Source of the DNA: an uncultured delta proteobacterium
GTDB lineage: Bacteria; Myxococcota_A; UBA9160; SZUA-336
DNA: 64,000 nt
NCBI GenBank assembly: GCA_963704165.1
Contig: CAVPHD010000001.1
Span: 256,001-320,000, forward strand
Reading direction: 5' to 3'
Part shown: positions 10,612 to 20,449 of the stretch, in pieces
Numbering within the stretch: the first letter of the stretch is position 1
Layout of the letters: every line of letters starts with the position of its first letter
Made by a program: the position numbers and the translations under genes
Notes under the pieces: model-generated
The model's database searches: none
The model's input: the letters and a program-made list of their open reading frames with translations, nothing else
What the model was told of the DNA's origin: nothing

Positions 10612-11071
10612 CCATTCCGCGCAGGCGTTCATCGAGTCTCCCGAGGCCGCCGCACTGACCGGGATTCCCGAGCCCGATCGAAACGACGTCGCGCTCCGGA
10701 TCTTCTCGGCGCTGAGTGCGGTCGGCACGCCGCTCGAGAAGCTCGGCGCGAGCGAAGCGCATGGCTGGCTGCTGCACGCGATCCCCGACGAGTTCCGGCC
10801 GCGCGACCCGCTCGCCGTCCACTTGGTCCCGGTGCTGCGCGCATTGCTCGACTTCGCCGAGCGCAGCGCTTCGCGAACACTCGACTCGCTGCGCACGGCC
10901 TGTGAGGATCTCGTGCCCGAGCTCGAAGGCGTTCTGGTCTCCGGCCGGTCGCACCATCACGAGACCGAGATGCCCGAGGCGCCCTACGTGCGCGCCTCGC
11001 CGAAGGTCGGCCGGAACGACCCCTGCCCGTGCGGCTCAGGGAAGAAGTTCAAGAAGTGCCACGGGGCGTGA
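10604..11071 (+). CDS. SEC-C motif (zinc-binding) protein
   Basis: C-terminal [21 protein letters not shown]. Confidence 0.88.
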   Translation: MTSHSAQAFIESPEAAALTGIPEPDRNDVALRIFSALSAVGTPLEKLGASEAHGWLLHAIPDEFRPRDPLAVHLVPVLRALLDFAERSASRTLDSLRTACEDLVPELEGVLVSGRSHHHETEMPEAPYVRASPKVGRNDPCPCGSGKKFKKCHGA

Positions 11072-12124
11072 CTACCAGTCGAGTACCGTCGCGAAGATCA
11101 ACGGCGCGACGATCGTGGCGTCGGACTCGATCAGGAACATCGGCGTGTTCTCGTCGAGCTTGCCCCAGGTGATCTTCTCGCTCGGGAAGGCTCCGCTGTA
11201 CGAACCGTAGCTCGTGGTCGAGTCGCTGATCTGGCAGAAGTAGCCCCAGTAGGGGCAGGATCGGCGCAGATCCTGATGGATCATCGGAACGACGCAGATC
11301 GGGAAGTCCCCCGCGATTCCGCCGCCGATCTGGAAGAAGCCGACCGTCGCGCGCGCCTCCGACGCGGGAATCGCGCGCATGTGCACGGCGTCGTGGTCGT
11401 CGGACGCTTCGACCGCGGGCAGCTCTTCGAGCGTCTTGCCCATCGTCGTCTGCACGTACCAGCGCGCGAGCTCGGCCATGGACTCGAGCCCGCTCTTCAC
11501 GATCTGGAAGTTCGAGAGCTGACCCGAGAGCACGTGCGCGACGTAGATGTTGCCGAGCGTCGAGTCCTCCCAGCCGGGCACGAAGATCGGCAGGTTCTTC
11601 TCCGCCGCGGCGAGCAGCCACGATCCGGCGGGGTCGATCTGGTAGCTGTCGCGGACCCTTCCTTCGAGCAGAAGCTGGTACATGATCTCGTGCGGGAAGT
11701 AGCGCTTGCGCTGCTGGTCGGCGCGCACCCAGAGGTCGAGCACGTGCTTCTCGATCGCGCGGAAGGCCTTGTCCTCGGGAATGCAGGTGTCGGTGACGCG
11801 GTTCAGCCCGGCGCGTTCGAGCGCCTTCTCGTCGGCCGGCGTCAGGTTTCGCCAGTTCGGAATCCGCTTGTAGTGATCGTGCGCGACCAGGTTGAAGACG
11901 TCCTCCTCGAGGTTCGCCCCGGTGCACGAGATCGCGTGCACCTTCCCGCGGCGGATCATCTCGGCGAGCGAGAGCCCGAGCTCGGCGGTGCTCATCGCGC
12001 CCGCCATCGCGACCATCATCTTCCCACCGCCCGCGAGATGAGCCGTGTAGCCGTTCGCCGCATCGGCCAGCGCGGCGGCGTTGAAGTGCCGGTAGTGGGT
12101 GCGAACGAACTCCGAGATCTTCAT
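11072..12124 (-). CDS. Deoxyhypusine synthase-family protein (likely homospermidine synthase-type)
   Basis: AGAMSTAELG, TGANLEED, PGWEDSTLGN, IGGGIAGDF, GSYSGA...EKITWGK, ESDATIVAPL. Confidence 0.92.
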   Translation of the reverse strand: MKISEFVRTHYRHFNAAALADAANGYTAHLAGGGKMMVAMAGAMSTAELGLSLAEMIRRGKVHAISCTGANLEEDVFNLVAHDHYKRIPNWRNLTPADEKALERAGLNRVTDTCIPEDKAFRAIEKHVLDLWVRADQQRKRYFPHEIMYQLLLEGRVRDSYQIDPAGSWLLAAAEKNLPIFVPGWEDSTLGNIYVAHVLSGQLSNFQIVKSGLESMAELARWYVQTTMGKTLEELPAVEASDDHDAVHMRAIPASEARATVGFFQIGGGIAGDFPICVVPMIHQDLRRSCPYWGYFCQISDSTTSYGSYSGAFPSEKITWGKLDENTPMFLIESDATIVAPLIFATVLDW

Positions 12125-12171
12125 CGGCGGCTCCCTCCGGGCGCGAAGCTTAGCGTAGGATAGGAGCCGAT

Positions 12172-13224
12172 ATGACCGACCGACAGGAAATATTCGCCGG
12201 CACGCAGCCCGTCCTGGAGCGCCACCAGATCGACGTCGAGCGTCTTGCGGCGTGGATGCGCGCGCACGTTCCCGGTTTTCACGGAACGTTGGCGGTGGAC
12301 CAGTTCCGCGGCGGGCAATCGAACCCGACCTACCGCGTCGAGGCCGGCGGCACGCGCTACGTCGTGCGACGCAAGCCGCCCGGCCAGCTTCTGAAGTCGG
12401 CGCATGCGGTGGACCGCGAGTACCGCGTGCTCTCGGCGCTCCAGGCCACGGACGTGCCCGTGCCGCGCACCTACGCGCTCTGCACCGACGAGTCCGTCAT
12501 CGGCACCTGGTTCTACGTGATGGAGTGCGTCGAGGGCCGCGTGCTCTGGGAGCCGCATCTGCCCGACTGCACGCCGGCCGATCGCTTCGCGATCTACGAC
12601 TCACTCTGCGACGTGCTGGCGCGCCTTCACTCCGTGGACGTGCGCGCGCTCGGACTCGAGAACTTCGGGCGCCCGGGAAACTACTTCGCGCGTCAGCTCT
12701 CGCGCTGGACCCGGCAGTACGTGGCCTCGCAGACGCAAGCCGTGCGCGAGATGGACCTGCTCATGGAGTGGCTGCCGCGCACGATCCCGCCCGGCGACGA
12801 GACGTCCCTGATCCACGGCGACTTCAAGCTCGACAACACGATCCTGCACCCGACCGAGCCGCGCGTGATCGCGATCCTCGACTGGGAGATCTCGACGCTG
12901 GGGCACCCGCTCGGGGATTTCACGTACCTGTGCATGCCCTGGTTCGAGGGCGGCGCGTTCGAGGAGCTCGATCTCGCGAGCCACGGCCTGCCGAGCCTCG
13001 ACGAATACGCGGCAGCGTACTGCCGGCGCACCGGACGCGACGACATCGAGTCCTTCGACTGGTACGCGGCGTACCAGATGTACCGCGCGGCTTGCATCTA
13101 TCAGGGCATTCTCGGGCGCGTGCGTGACGGAACCGCCGCGAGCGACAACGCCACGTCGATCGCGGACGTGGTGCCGCGACTCTCGCGCATCGCCTGGGCG
13201 ATTGCCGAGAGACTCGGCGCTTGA
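12172..13224 (+). CDS. APH/ACAD10-N-like phosphotransferase
   Basis: GGQSNPTY, SAHAVDREYRV, HGDFKLDN, LDWEISTLGHP. Confidence 0.92.
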   Translation: MTDRQEIFAGTQPVLERHQIDVERLAAWMRAHVPGFHGTLAVDQFRGGQSNPTYRVEAGGTRYVVRRKPPGQLLKSAHAVDREYRVLSALQATDVPVPRTYALCTDESVIGTWFYVMECVEGRVLWEPHLPDCTPADRFAIYDSLCDVLARLHSVDVRALGLENFGRPGNYFARQLSRWTRQYVASQTQAVREMDLLMEWLPRTIPPGDETSLIHGDFKLDNTILHPTEPRVIAILDWEISTLGHPLGDFTYLCMPWFEGGAFEELDLASHGLPSLDEYAAAYCRRTGRDDIESFDWYAAYQMYRAACIYQGILGRVRDGTAASDNATSIADVVPRLSRIAWAIAERLGA

Positions 13225-15377
13225 TCCACTTCGACCCCGAGACACGCACCTGGAATCTGGTGCTCGCGACGAGCCATCACGCGCTCCGCGCGGATCCCGA
13301 CGGGCGGGTCGTGTGTCTCGGAAGCGGACCGCGAGCGCCGGGCCCGATGCAGCCGATCGCGAGCGGCCGACTTCCCGACGATCCCTTTCCGCGCATCGGC
13401 GTCGACCGGCAGGGACGCCGCGACGAAGTCGTGACCTTCGGCGATCACACCTGGCACGAGCCGACGCTCGCGGTCTCGTTTCCCGGCGCGGCCGGTGCGC
13501 TCCCGGTCCGCGACGTCCGGCTGCGCTACGCCTCGCACGAGATCGATCGCGCACCGGACGGACGCGAGACGCTGCGCATCCGGCTCGACGATCCAGTGCA
13601 GCCGTTTCGCGTCTGGCTCTGCCTGCGGATCGACGTCGAGCACGACGTGATCGAGCGCTGGCTCGAGCTCGAGAACGGCGGCGCGAACGCGGTGCAGATC
13701 GACCAGCTCGGCTTCGGCACGCTGCACCTGCCCGCGGGGCGCTGGGATCTCACGCACGCTTCGGGCGGCTGGGCGGCCGAGTTCCAGACCGAGCGCGTAC
13801 GCCTGCCCGTCGGCACGACGTCACTCGAGAGCCGCTCGGTGCACACGGGTTTCGTGCACCACCCGTTCTTCCTGCTCTCGCCGGCCGACGGGGCGACGGA
13901 GGAACACGGGACGGTGTACTTCGGCCAGCTCGCCTGGTCGGGAAGCTGGCGGCTCGCCTTCGAGCAGCGGCCGAACTCCGCGCTCCACGTGCACGGCGGC
14001 TACAACCCGTTCGACTTCGCGCTCGAGCTCGCACCGGGCGAGCGACACGTGACGCCGATCCTGATCCACGGCGCCTGCGCCGACGGGTTCTCGGGCGCGA
14101 GCCAGCGCATGCACGCGTTCCTGCGCGCCCACGTGCTGCCGCAGACCTCGCCGCCCGAGCCCGTCCGCCCCGTTCTGTACAACTCCTGGGAGGCGAGCTA
14201 CTTCGCGCTCTCGCTCGAGAGTCAGATCGCGCTCGCGCGCAAGAGCGCAGCGATCGGCGTCGAACTCTTCTGTGTCGATGACGGCTGGTTCGGCGGGCGC
14301 CGGAGCGACACGGCCGGACTCGGCGACTGGCACGTCTCGCGCGACGTCTTCCCGACGGGTCTTCGTCCGCTCGCCGACGAGGTGCACCGGCTCGGCATGA
14401 AATTCGGCCTCTGGGTCGAGCCCGAGATGGTGAACCCCGATTCGGATCTGTACCGCGCCCATCCCGACTGGGTGCTGCACTTTCCGGATCGCCCGCGCAC
14501 GGAGCATCGCCACCAGCTCATCCTCGACTTCGGACGACCCGAGGTCGTCGCGCACCTCGCGGGCGTGCTCGAACGGATCGTCGCCGGGAACGACGTCGAC
14601 TTCCTGAAATGGGACATGAACCGCTCCGCGACCGAGCCCGGAAGCGTCGTCGGAAAGGCGATCTGGCGCCGCCACGCCGAAGCGGTCTATGCGCTGATGG
14701 ACGGCCTGCGAAGGCTCTTTCCGGGGCTTTCGATCGAGAGCTGCTCGAGCGGTGGCGGACGTGTCGATGCCGGGATCCTCGCGCGCACCGATCAGTTCTG
14801 GACCAGCGACAACACCGATGCGCTCACGCGTGTGTCGATCCAGGAAGGGGCGAGCCTGGCGTATCCGGCGCGCGCGATGTGCTGCTGGGTGACTCACGAG
14901 CGCAATCACCAGACCGGGCGCCGGCTCGACCTGTCGACGCGCTTCGACGTCGCGATGCGCGGCGCGCTCGGAATCGGATCGGATCTGAACACGCTCGACG
15001 AAGCCGAGCTCTCCGAGTACGCGAGCTGGATCGCCTTCTACAAGCGCATTCGCAACACCGTGCAGAACGGCGTGTGTCATCGGCTCCAGAGACTGGAGCC
15101 TGCCGGCACGTCGATCGTCGAGTACGTGCTTCCCGATGCGAGCGAGGCCGTCGTATCGACGGTCGCCGTCGAGCGGCGGATCGCGCAGCTCGTTCCACCG
15201 GCGCGCCTGCGCGGCCTCGATCCGACGGCGCTCTACGCGGCCTTCGACCGGGACGATCGCGAATACGTTCGCGCGCGAGGCGCGGAGCTGATGGCGCTCG
15301 GGCTCGATCCGAACCTGGGCACCGGGCGCTACGGACCCGGCTACAGCCGCACGCTCTGGCTGCGCAAGACCGACTGA
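13221..15377 (+). CDS. Alpha-galactosidase, GH36
   Basis: YNSWEA, FCVDDGWFG, GLWVEPEMVN, LKWDMNR, CSSGGGRVD, WTSDNTD. Confidence 0.95.
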   Translation: MIHFDPETRTWNLVLATSHHALRADPDGRVVCLGSGPRAPGPMQPIASGRLPDDPFPRIGVDRQGRRDEVVTFGDHTWHEPTLAVSFPGAAGALPVRDVRLRYASHEIDRAPDGRETLRIRLDDPVQPFRVWLCLRIDVEHDVIERWLELENGGANAVQIDQLGFGTLHLPAGRWDLTHASGGWAAEFQTERVRLPVGTTSLESRSVHTGFVHHPFFLLSPADGATEEHGTVYFGQLAWSGSWRLAFEQRPNSALHVHGGYNPFDFALELAPGERHVTPILIHGACADGFSGASQRMHAFLRAHVLPQTSPPEPVRPVLYNSWEASYFALSLESQIALARKSAAIGVELFCVDDGWFGGRRSDTAGLGDWHVSRDVFPTGLRPLADEVHRLGMKFGLWVEPEMVNPDSDLYRAHPDWVLHFPDRPRTEHRHQLILDFGRPEVVAHLAGVLERIVAGNDVDFLKWDMNRSATEPGSVVGKAIWRRHAEAVYALMDGLRRLFPGLSIESCSSGGGRVDAGILARTDQFWTSDNTDALTRVSIQEGASLAYPARAMCCWVTHERNHQTGRRLDLSTRFDVAMRGALGIGSDLNTLDEAELSEYASWIAFYKRIRNTVQNGVCHRLQRLEPAGTSIVEYVLPDASEAVVSTVAVERRIAQLVPPARLRGLDPTALYAAFDRDDREYVRARGAELMALGLDPNLGTGRYGPGYSRTLWLRKTD

Positions 15378-15389
15378 GCGGAGCCGCGC

Positions 15390-16070
15390 CTACGGCGCGA
15401 CGCAGCCGGTCGCGCCGCGCTCTTCGCAGAGGCGATAACCGAGCCGGTCCGCCCAATACGCGAGTGCCGTATCGACGTCTTCCCACTTGCTCCAGACGGC
15501 GCTCGGGTTCTTGGTGCCCACGCGGCTGTCGACTCCCTCGAAGAGCGTCTCACCGGTCGCCGCGTCGCTGATCTTCACTTCCACGCTCGCCTCACCGACG
15601 AACGCGGGTCGCCCGGTGGCGACGGCCTTCAGCGTCGAGATCGCGAGCCCGACCGGAACGATCGTCGAGATGGTGTCGAGCGTCGGGTACGAGCGCTCAG
15701 CGCTCGTGATCGCGGCGGCGATTCGCAATGCGCCGGGCTCGGGCGTCGACACCAGCGCGTAGTCCTTCGAGAGCCGGGCGTGGACCAGCGCGAAGAGATG
15801 ATTCGCGATGGTCGTCCGGTCCTCCTTCGAAAGCTCGTTCATCTGCGAGTCCGGTCCCGTCCAGATCGTGACCGGCTCGAGCAGGATCCTGTCGTACTTC
15901 TTGAAGTCGGCGCTCGGATTCTCGTACACCTTCAGCGCGCCACCGTCGGGTCCGTCCACGAGCCTGGAGTAGTCGCCGAGGAATCCCGACTGACGCACGT
16001 CGCGCGCCTGGCGCGTGACTCCGCAGGCAACGAGCGCGATGACCGAGATCAGAACCAATGCGAATCGCAT
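15390..16070 (-). CDS. DUF3313-family lipoprotein
   Basis: Lipobox LVAC, SGFLGDYSRL, LRIAAAIT, DAATGETL. Confidence 0.8.
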   Translation of the reverse strand: MRFALVLISVIALVACGVTRQARDVRQSGFLGDYSRLVDGPDGGALKVYENPSADFKKYDRILLEPVTIWTGPDSQMNELSKEDRTTIANHLFALVHARLSKDYALVSTPEPGALRIAAAITSAERSYPTLDTISTIVPVGLAISTLKAVATGRPAFVGEASVEVKISDAATGETLFEGVDSRVGTKNPSAVWSKWEDVDTALAYWADRLGYRLCEERGATGCVAP

Positions 16071-16222
16071 CTACTTCTCCTTGAACCTGAAGATCGAACT
16101 CGTCGATGATCGCCACGGGCCTCACGGGCCGAAACCGCTCTGCCGGAACGCAATCCCTCTGCAATCTGACACGGGAGCCGTACTCGGGCAAATCCGGTTT
16201 GACCGCGGCGAAGGCGGCCGGT

Positions 16223-18486
16223 ATGAAACAGTCGATGACGTTGCGACGCGCGCTTCTCGCTCTCGCGCTCGCCGTCGGATGTGAGGGTGGGGAGTCATCC
16301 CGTCCTCCCGAATCGCCGCCTCCTCAGAGGTCGGATCCAGCGCGCTTCGTCGCCGACTCGACCTGCCGCGAGTGCCACGAGGCGCAGGAAGCGGCCTGGA
16401 CCGGATCCCACCACGACCGCGCGATGGAGATCGCAGATGCAGACACGGTGCTCGGGGACTTCTCCGGCGCCGATCCGGGCTTCGCGCTCGTCGACGGGAA
16501 GCACGTCGTGCGCGCAGAGGGCCCGGACGGCGTTCGCGGAGAGTTCCCGGCGCCGTACACCTTCGGTGTCTCGCCGCTGCAGCAGATGCTCGTCGAGATC
16601 CCGGGCGGCCGGCTTCAGGGCTTCACCACGGCGTGGGACACCGAAAAGCGTCGTTGGTTCTCGCTCCACCCCGGAGAGACGCTCCCGGCGGCTGACGCGC
16701 TTCACTGGAGCGGGCGCTACCAGCGCTGGAACGCGATGTGCGCGGACTGCCACTCGACCGGCGTGAAGAAGGGCTACGACGCCGCGACCGACACGTACGA
16801 GACGACCTGGGCGGCGATCGACGTCGGCTGCCAGGCGTGTCACGGGCCGGGCTCCGCGCACGTCGAACGCGCACGCGCGACCGGGAGCGATCTCGCGTCG
16901 TCCTCGCGGGGCAGCGGATTGCTCGTCGATCTCGAGGACGCCCGACGCGAGGTCGAGAGCTGCGCGCCGTGCCACGCGCGGCGCGCGCAGATTCGCGCCG
17001 AGATCCCCTACGGCCGGCCGTTTCTCGACGGCTTCCTGCCCGCCACGCTCGACGAGGGCCTGTACCACGCGGATGGTCAGATCGACGCCGAGGTCTACGA
17101 GTACGGATCGTTCCTGCAGAGCCTGATGTACGCGCGCGGCGTGCGCTGCAGCGACTGCCACGACTCGCACAGCGGAAAGCTCGAAGCGGAAGGCAACGAC
17201 CTCTGTTCGCGCTGCCACTCGACCGAGCCCGATCCACGCTTTCCGACGCTTGCGTCGAAGGTCTACGACTCGTCCGATCATCACCATCACGCGGAGGGCA
17301 GCGCGGGTAGCTCGTGCGTCGGCTGTCACATGCCCGACGAAGAACTACATGGTGGTCGACCCGCGACAGGACCATTCGATCCGCGTCCCGCGTCCCGACC
17401 TGTCGGTGACGCTCGGGACGCCGAACGCGTGCAATGTCTGTCATGCCGATCGCAAGCCCGAGTGGGCCGCCGAGAAGGTGGTGAAGTGGTACGGGCCGGA
17501 ACGCAGGATGGGAGCGCACTTCGGCCAGATCTTCGCGGCCGCGCGCGCGGGCGACGGCGGCTCGATTCCCGCGCTCATGAAGATCGCCGACGATCCGGCG
17601 CAGCCGGTCGTCGTGCGCGCGACCGCGCTCGGGCTGCTCGAGCCGGCCGGGACCCGGAATCGTCCCGGTGCTCGAGCGCGCCGCGCGAGAGAGCGATCCG
17701 TGGCTTCGCAGCGCGGCAGCGGGCGCGTGCGATGCGCTCCCCGGCGAGGCGCGGCTCGCGATCGCGGAGGCGCTGCTTTCCGACCCGGTGCTCGGCGTGC
17801 GCATCGAGGCCGCGCGTGTCCTCTCGGTTCTGCCCGACGATCAACTCACGCAAGCGACACGGGATCGCGTCAGTGCCGGGCTGCGCGAGTTCGAGACCGC
17901 ACAGCGCGTGCAGGGCGATCTGCCCGGCGCTCATCTGAATCTCGGCGTGGTGCTCGCGAATCGCGGCCAGGACACGCGCGCCGAGGCGGAGTACCGGGTC
18001 GCGTTGCGAATGGATCCGGCCTTCCTGCCGGCGAGCTTCAACCTCGCCACGCTGCTCAACAAGCTGGGGCGGAACTCCGACGCGGAGAGCGTCCTGCGCG
18101 AGGCGATCGCGCTCTCGCCCGAACAGGGCGATCTGCACTACTCGCTCGGTCTCCTGCTCGTCGAGGATGGACGGCTCGAGCCGGGCACCGACGCGCTCGG
18201 ACGCGCGGCGGAGCTGATGCCGGAGCGAGCGAGGGTCCGATACAACCACGGACTCGCGCTCCTGCGGACCGGAAAGCAGGTCGAGGCCGGTCGGGCGCTG
18301 CGCGGCGCGTACGATCTCGGAAGGCAGGATCCGCAGATCGTGCACGCGCTGACGCTGTTCTACGCGCAGGCGGGTGAGTGGCGGAAGGCGCTGCCGTTGG
18401 CCCGCGAGCTGGTCGCGCTCGCACCCGCGGATCCGGGCGCGAAGGAGATGCTCTCGAGGATCGAGGCCGAGCTCAGCGCACCGTGA
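16223..18486 (+). CDS. Octaheme c-type cytochrome fused to HEAT-like/TPR repeats (two apparent +1 frameshifts, ~17334 and ~17655)
   Basis: Lipobox AVGC; CxxCH x8 (CRECH, CADCH, CQACH, CAPCH, CSDCH, CSRCH, CVGCH, CNVCH); C-terminal TPRs (AHLNLGVVL, SFNLATLL, LHYSLGLLL, RYNHGLAL). The protein continues across three frames. Confidence 0.88.
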
Positions 18487-18964
18487 TCTCGACCCGGCGG
18501 TTGTTCTTGCGACCCTGCGCCGACGCGTTCGAAGCGGCGGGAGACGAGGTCGAGAAGGACGTCACGTGCATTCGCGGGGGAGCGATTCCGAGCGCCTGCA
18601 GGTAGCTCGCACACGCCTGTGCGCGCTGACCCGAGAGCATCTGGTTCGTGAGTTCGCCGCCGGTCGCGTCGGCGAAACCCTGCACGTCGAACGTCGCCTG
18701 CGGGTAGGGCGCCATCTTCTCGGCGAACCAGCGCATCTGGCGCTGCGCGTCGGCGTCGAGTTCCGCGCTGCCGGTCTCGAAGTAGACCACGGCCGCGTAC
18801 TTCTGCGCCTCCGCGTGCGCCGCCGAGTCCATCGCGCGCTGCTGCGCGTTCTGCTGCTCGAGCTGCTCGTACTGCTGGTTGTACGCGTTGTTGTAGGCCG
18901 TCTGACAGCCCACCGCGCCGAGCGCGGCGACGACGAGCGCGATCCGGAACACGGCCACCCTCAT
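18473..18964 (-). CDS. OmpA-family peptidoglycan-binding lipoprotein
   Basis: Lipobox AVGC, VYFETGSAEL, QGFADATG, NQMLSGQRA, NRRVEI. Confidence 0.9.
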   Translation of the reverse strand: MRVAVFRIALVVAALGAVGCQTAYNNAYNQQYEQLEQQNAQQRAMDSAAHAEAQKYAAVVYFETGSAELDADAQRQMRWFAEKMAPYPQATFDVQGFADATGGELTNQMLSGQRAQACASYLQALGIAPPRMHVTSFSTSSPAASNASAQGRKNNRRVEITVR

Positions 18965-19368
18965 TTCGCCGGCCTCGCTTCGAACGCGGCCGTGACCTCG
19001 GTGAGAGAGAGCGACCCGTCGTCGTCCGCGTCGATGTCGAAGAACATCTCGACGCGGCCGCTCAGGAACTCCTTGCGCGAGACCTTGCCATCCGAGTCCC
19101 GATCGATCCTCGCAAAGTCCTCTTTGATCACGACGACCTTCACGAACTCCGCCTCGGTGAGAGACCCGTCCTTGTCGGCGTCTCCGAGAAAGTAGATGTC
19201 GACCAGGCGATCGTAGAACTCGTTGATCTCGACTCCGCCATCACCATTCGTGTCGGCTTGGTCGAAGGCCGCGCGCACGTCGTAGTCCGCGGTCTCTTGC
19301 GCGCTCGCGCCCGTTGCTCCGATCGCCAAAGCGACAAACACGCTGATTGCTCGAATTCGCATCGTCAT
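18961..19368 (-). CDS. Secreted four-EF-hand calcium-binding protein
   Basis: Signal peptide ending ASA-Q; loops DTNGDGGVEINE, DADKDGSLTEAE, DRDSDGKVSRKE, DADDDGSLSLTE. Start could be 19377, 19368 or 19362. Confidence 0.85.
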   Translation of the reverse strand: MTMRIRAISVFVALAIGATGASAQETADYDVRAAFDQADTNGDGGVEINEFYDRLVDIYFLGDADKDGSLTEAEFVKVVVIKEDFARIDRDSDGKVSRKEFLSGRVEMFFDIDADDDGSLSLTEVTAAFEARPAK

Positions 19369-19379
19369 CGCTTCCATCC

Positions 19380-19880
19380 CTATGAGTTCTGGATCTTCCA
19401 CGTGCCATCGGCCTGGCGGCACGCGGTACCGTACGTCTGCTGCTTCTCGTCCCCGATCCACACGTCCTGCTTGTACTCCCGACAGTACTGGCCGGTCGCG
19501 AGCTGGTAGGTCTTCGTCGGCGTGACGGATCCGTGGTTTCCCGAATCCGGGTTGCTCCAGGCCGATGCCTGGCCCGAATGGTTCTGCTCGAAAGCGCGCG
19601 CGGCTGCCTGCGCAGCCATCTGCTTGTCCTTCTCGTCGAGGCGATGACCGACGTACCCGCCGAGCAGCCCGCCGACCAGCGCACCCGCGACGACGGCCCC
19701 GCCCTTTCCGCCCATGGCGCCGACGAGAAACGCGCCCGCGCCCGCGCCGATCACCGAGCCGAGGACGGCCTTCGGATTGTTCTCGACGCCCTTTTCCGCG
19801 GACTGCATCTGGGCGCAACCGGTGAACAGCGTGGCGACGAGCAGCGCGGCCAGGACGCGCTGCGGATTGGGCATTCTCAT
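19380..19880 (-). CDS. 17-kDa surface-antigen-like glycine-zipper lipoprotein (RT0821/Lpp0805-like)
   Basis: Lipobox FTGC, glycine zipper, WSNPDSGNHG, YCREY, GTACRQADGTW. Confidence 0.88.
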   Translation of the reverse strand: MRMPNPQRVLAALLVATLFTGCAQMQSAEKGVENNPKAVLGSVIGAGAGAFLVGAMGGKGGAVVAGALVGGLLGGYVGHRLDEKDKQMAAQAAARAFEQNHSGQASAWSNPDSGNHGSVTPTKTYQLATGQYCREYKQDVWIGDEKQQTYGTACRQADGTWKIQNS

Positions 19881-20008
19881 CGTCTCTCCCGTCCGCGATC
19901 TCGCGAACTCTCCGGGCGGCACCATAGCGCGTATCGCCGAGATGAGTCGACAGTGTGTTGCGCGCCATGCAATGCTTCCGCGCACCGAACCAACCGGAGG
20001 GTATCGAC

Positions 20009-20449
20009 GTGAAGACCTCGATCGCTATCGGCACCGCAGCTTTGTTCCTCGTGATCTCGCTCGGCGCACATGCACAGACCGCGAAGTGGGATCAGACTGC
20101 GGTCACGGCCGCGGCCGCCGAGTTCGAGTCCGCCGTCTCGGGCTTGCGCGATGCGGTTCGCCAGAGCAATGCGTGGTCGGTCACCCCCAACCGGGCGAAG
20201 CTGTACCAGATCTCGCAGGATCTGCGGAAGATCGAATGGCTCGCGCAGAGCCTTCACGGAGACCTGAAGAAGGGCGAAGGCCTCGAGGCCACGACGCCGG
20301 TCTACGAAGAGATCCTCGAGAATCGCGAGTACGCCAAAGCGGACGCGGCGTTCGTCGACATCAACGAGTTCCTCAAGCCGAAGATCACCACCTCGCGAGC
20401 GGCGCTCGCGAAGCTCGCCGCATTCTACGCCAAGCAGCCCACGCCCTGA
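20009..20449 (+). CDS. Hypothetical secreted helical protein
   Basis: GGAGG then GTG 20009; signal peptide ending AHA-Q; no recognised motif. Confidence 0.7.
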   Translation: MKTSIAIGTAALFLVISLGAHAQTAKWDQTAVTAAAAEFESAVSGLRDAVRQSNAWSVTPNRAKLYQISQDLRKIEWLAQSLHGDLKKGEGLEATTPVYEEILENREYAKADAAFVDINEFLKPKITTSRAALAKLAAFYAKQPTP

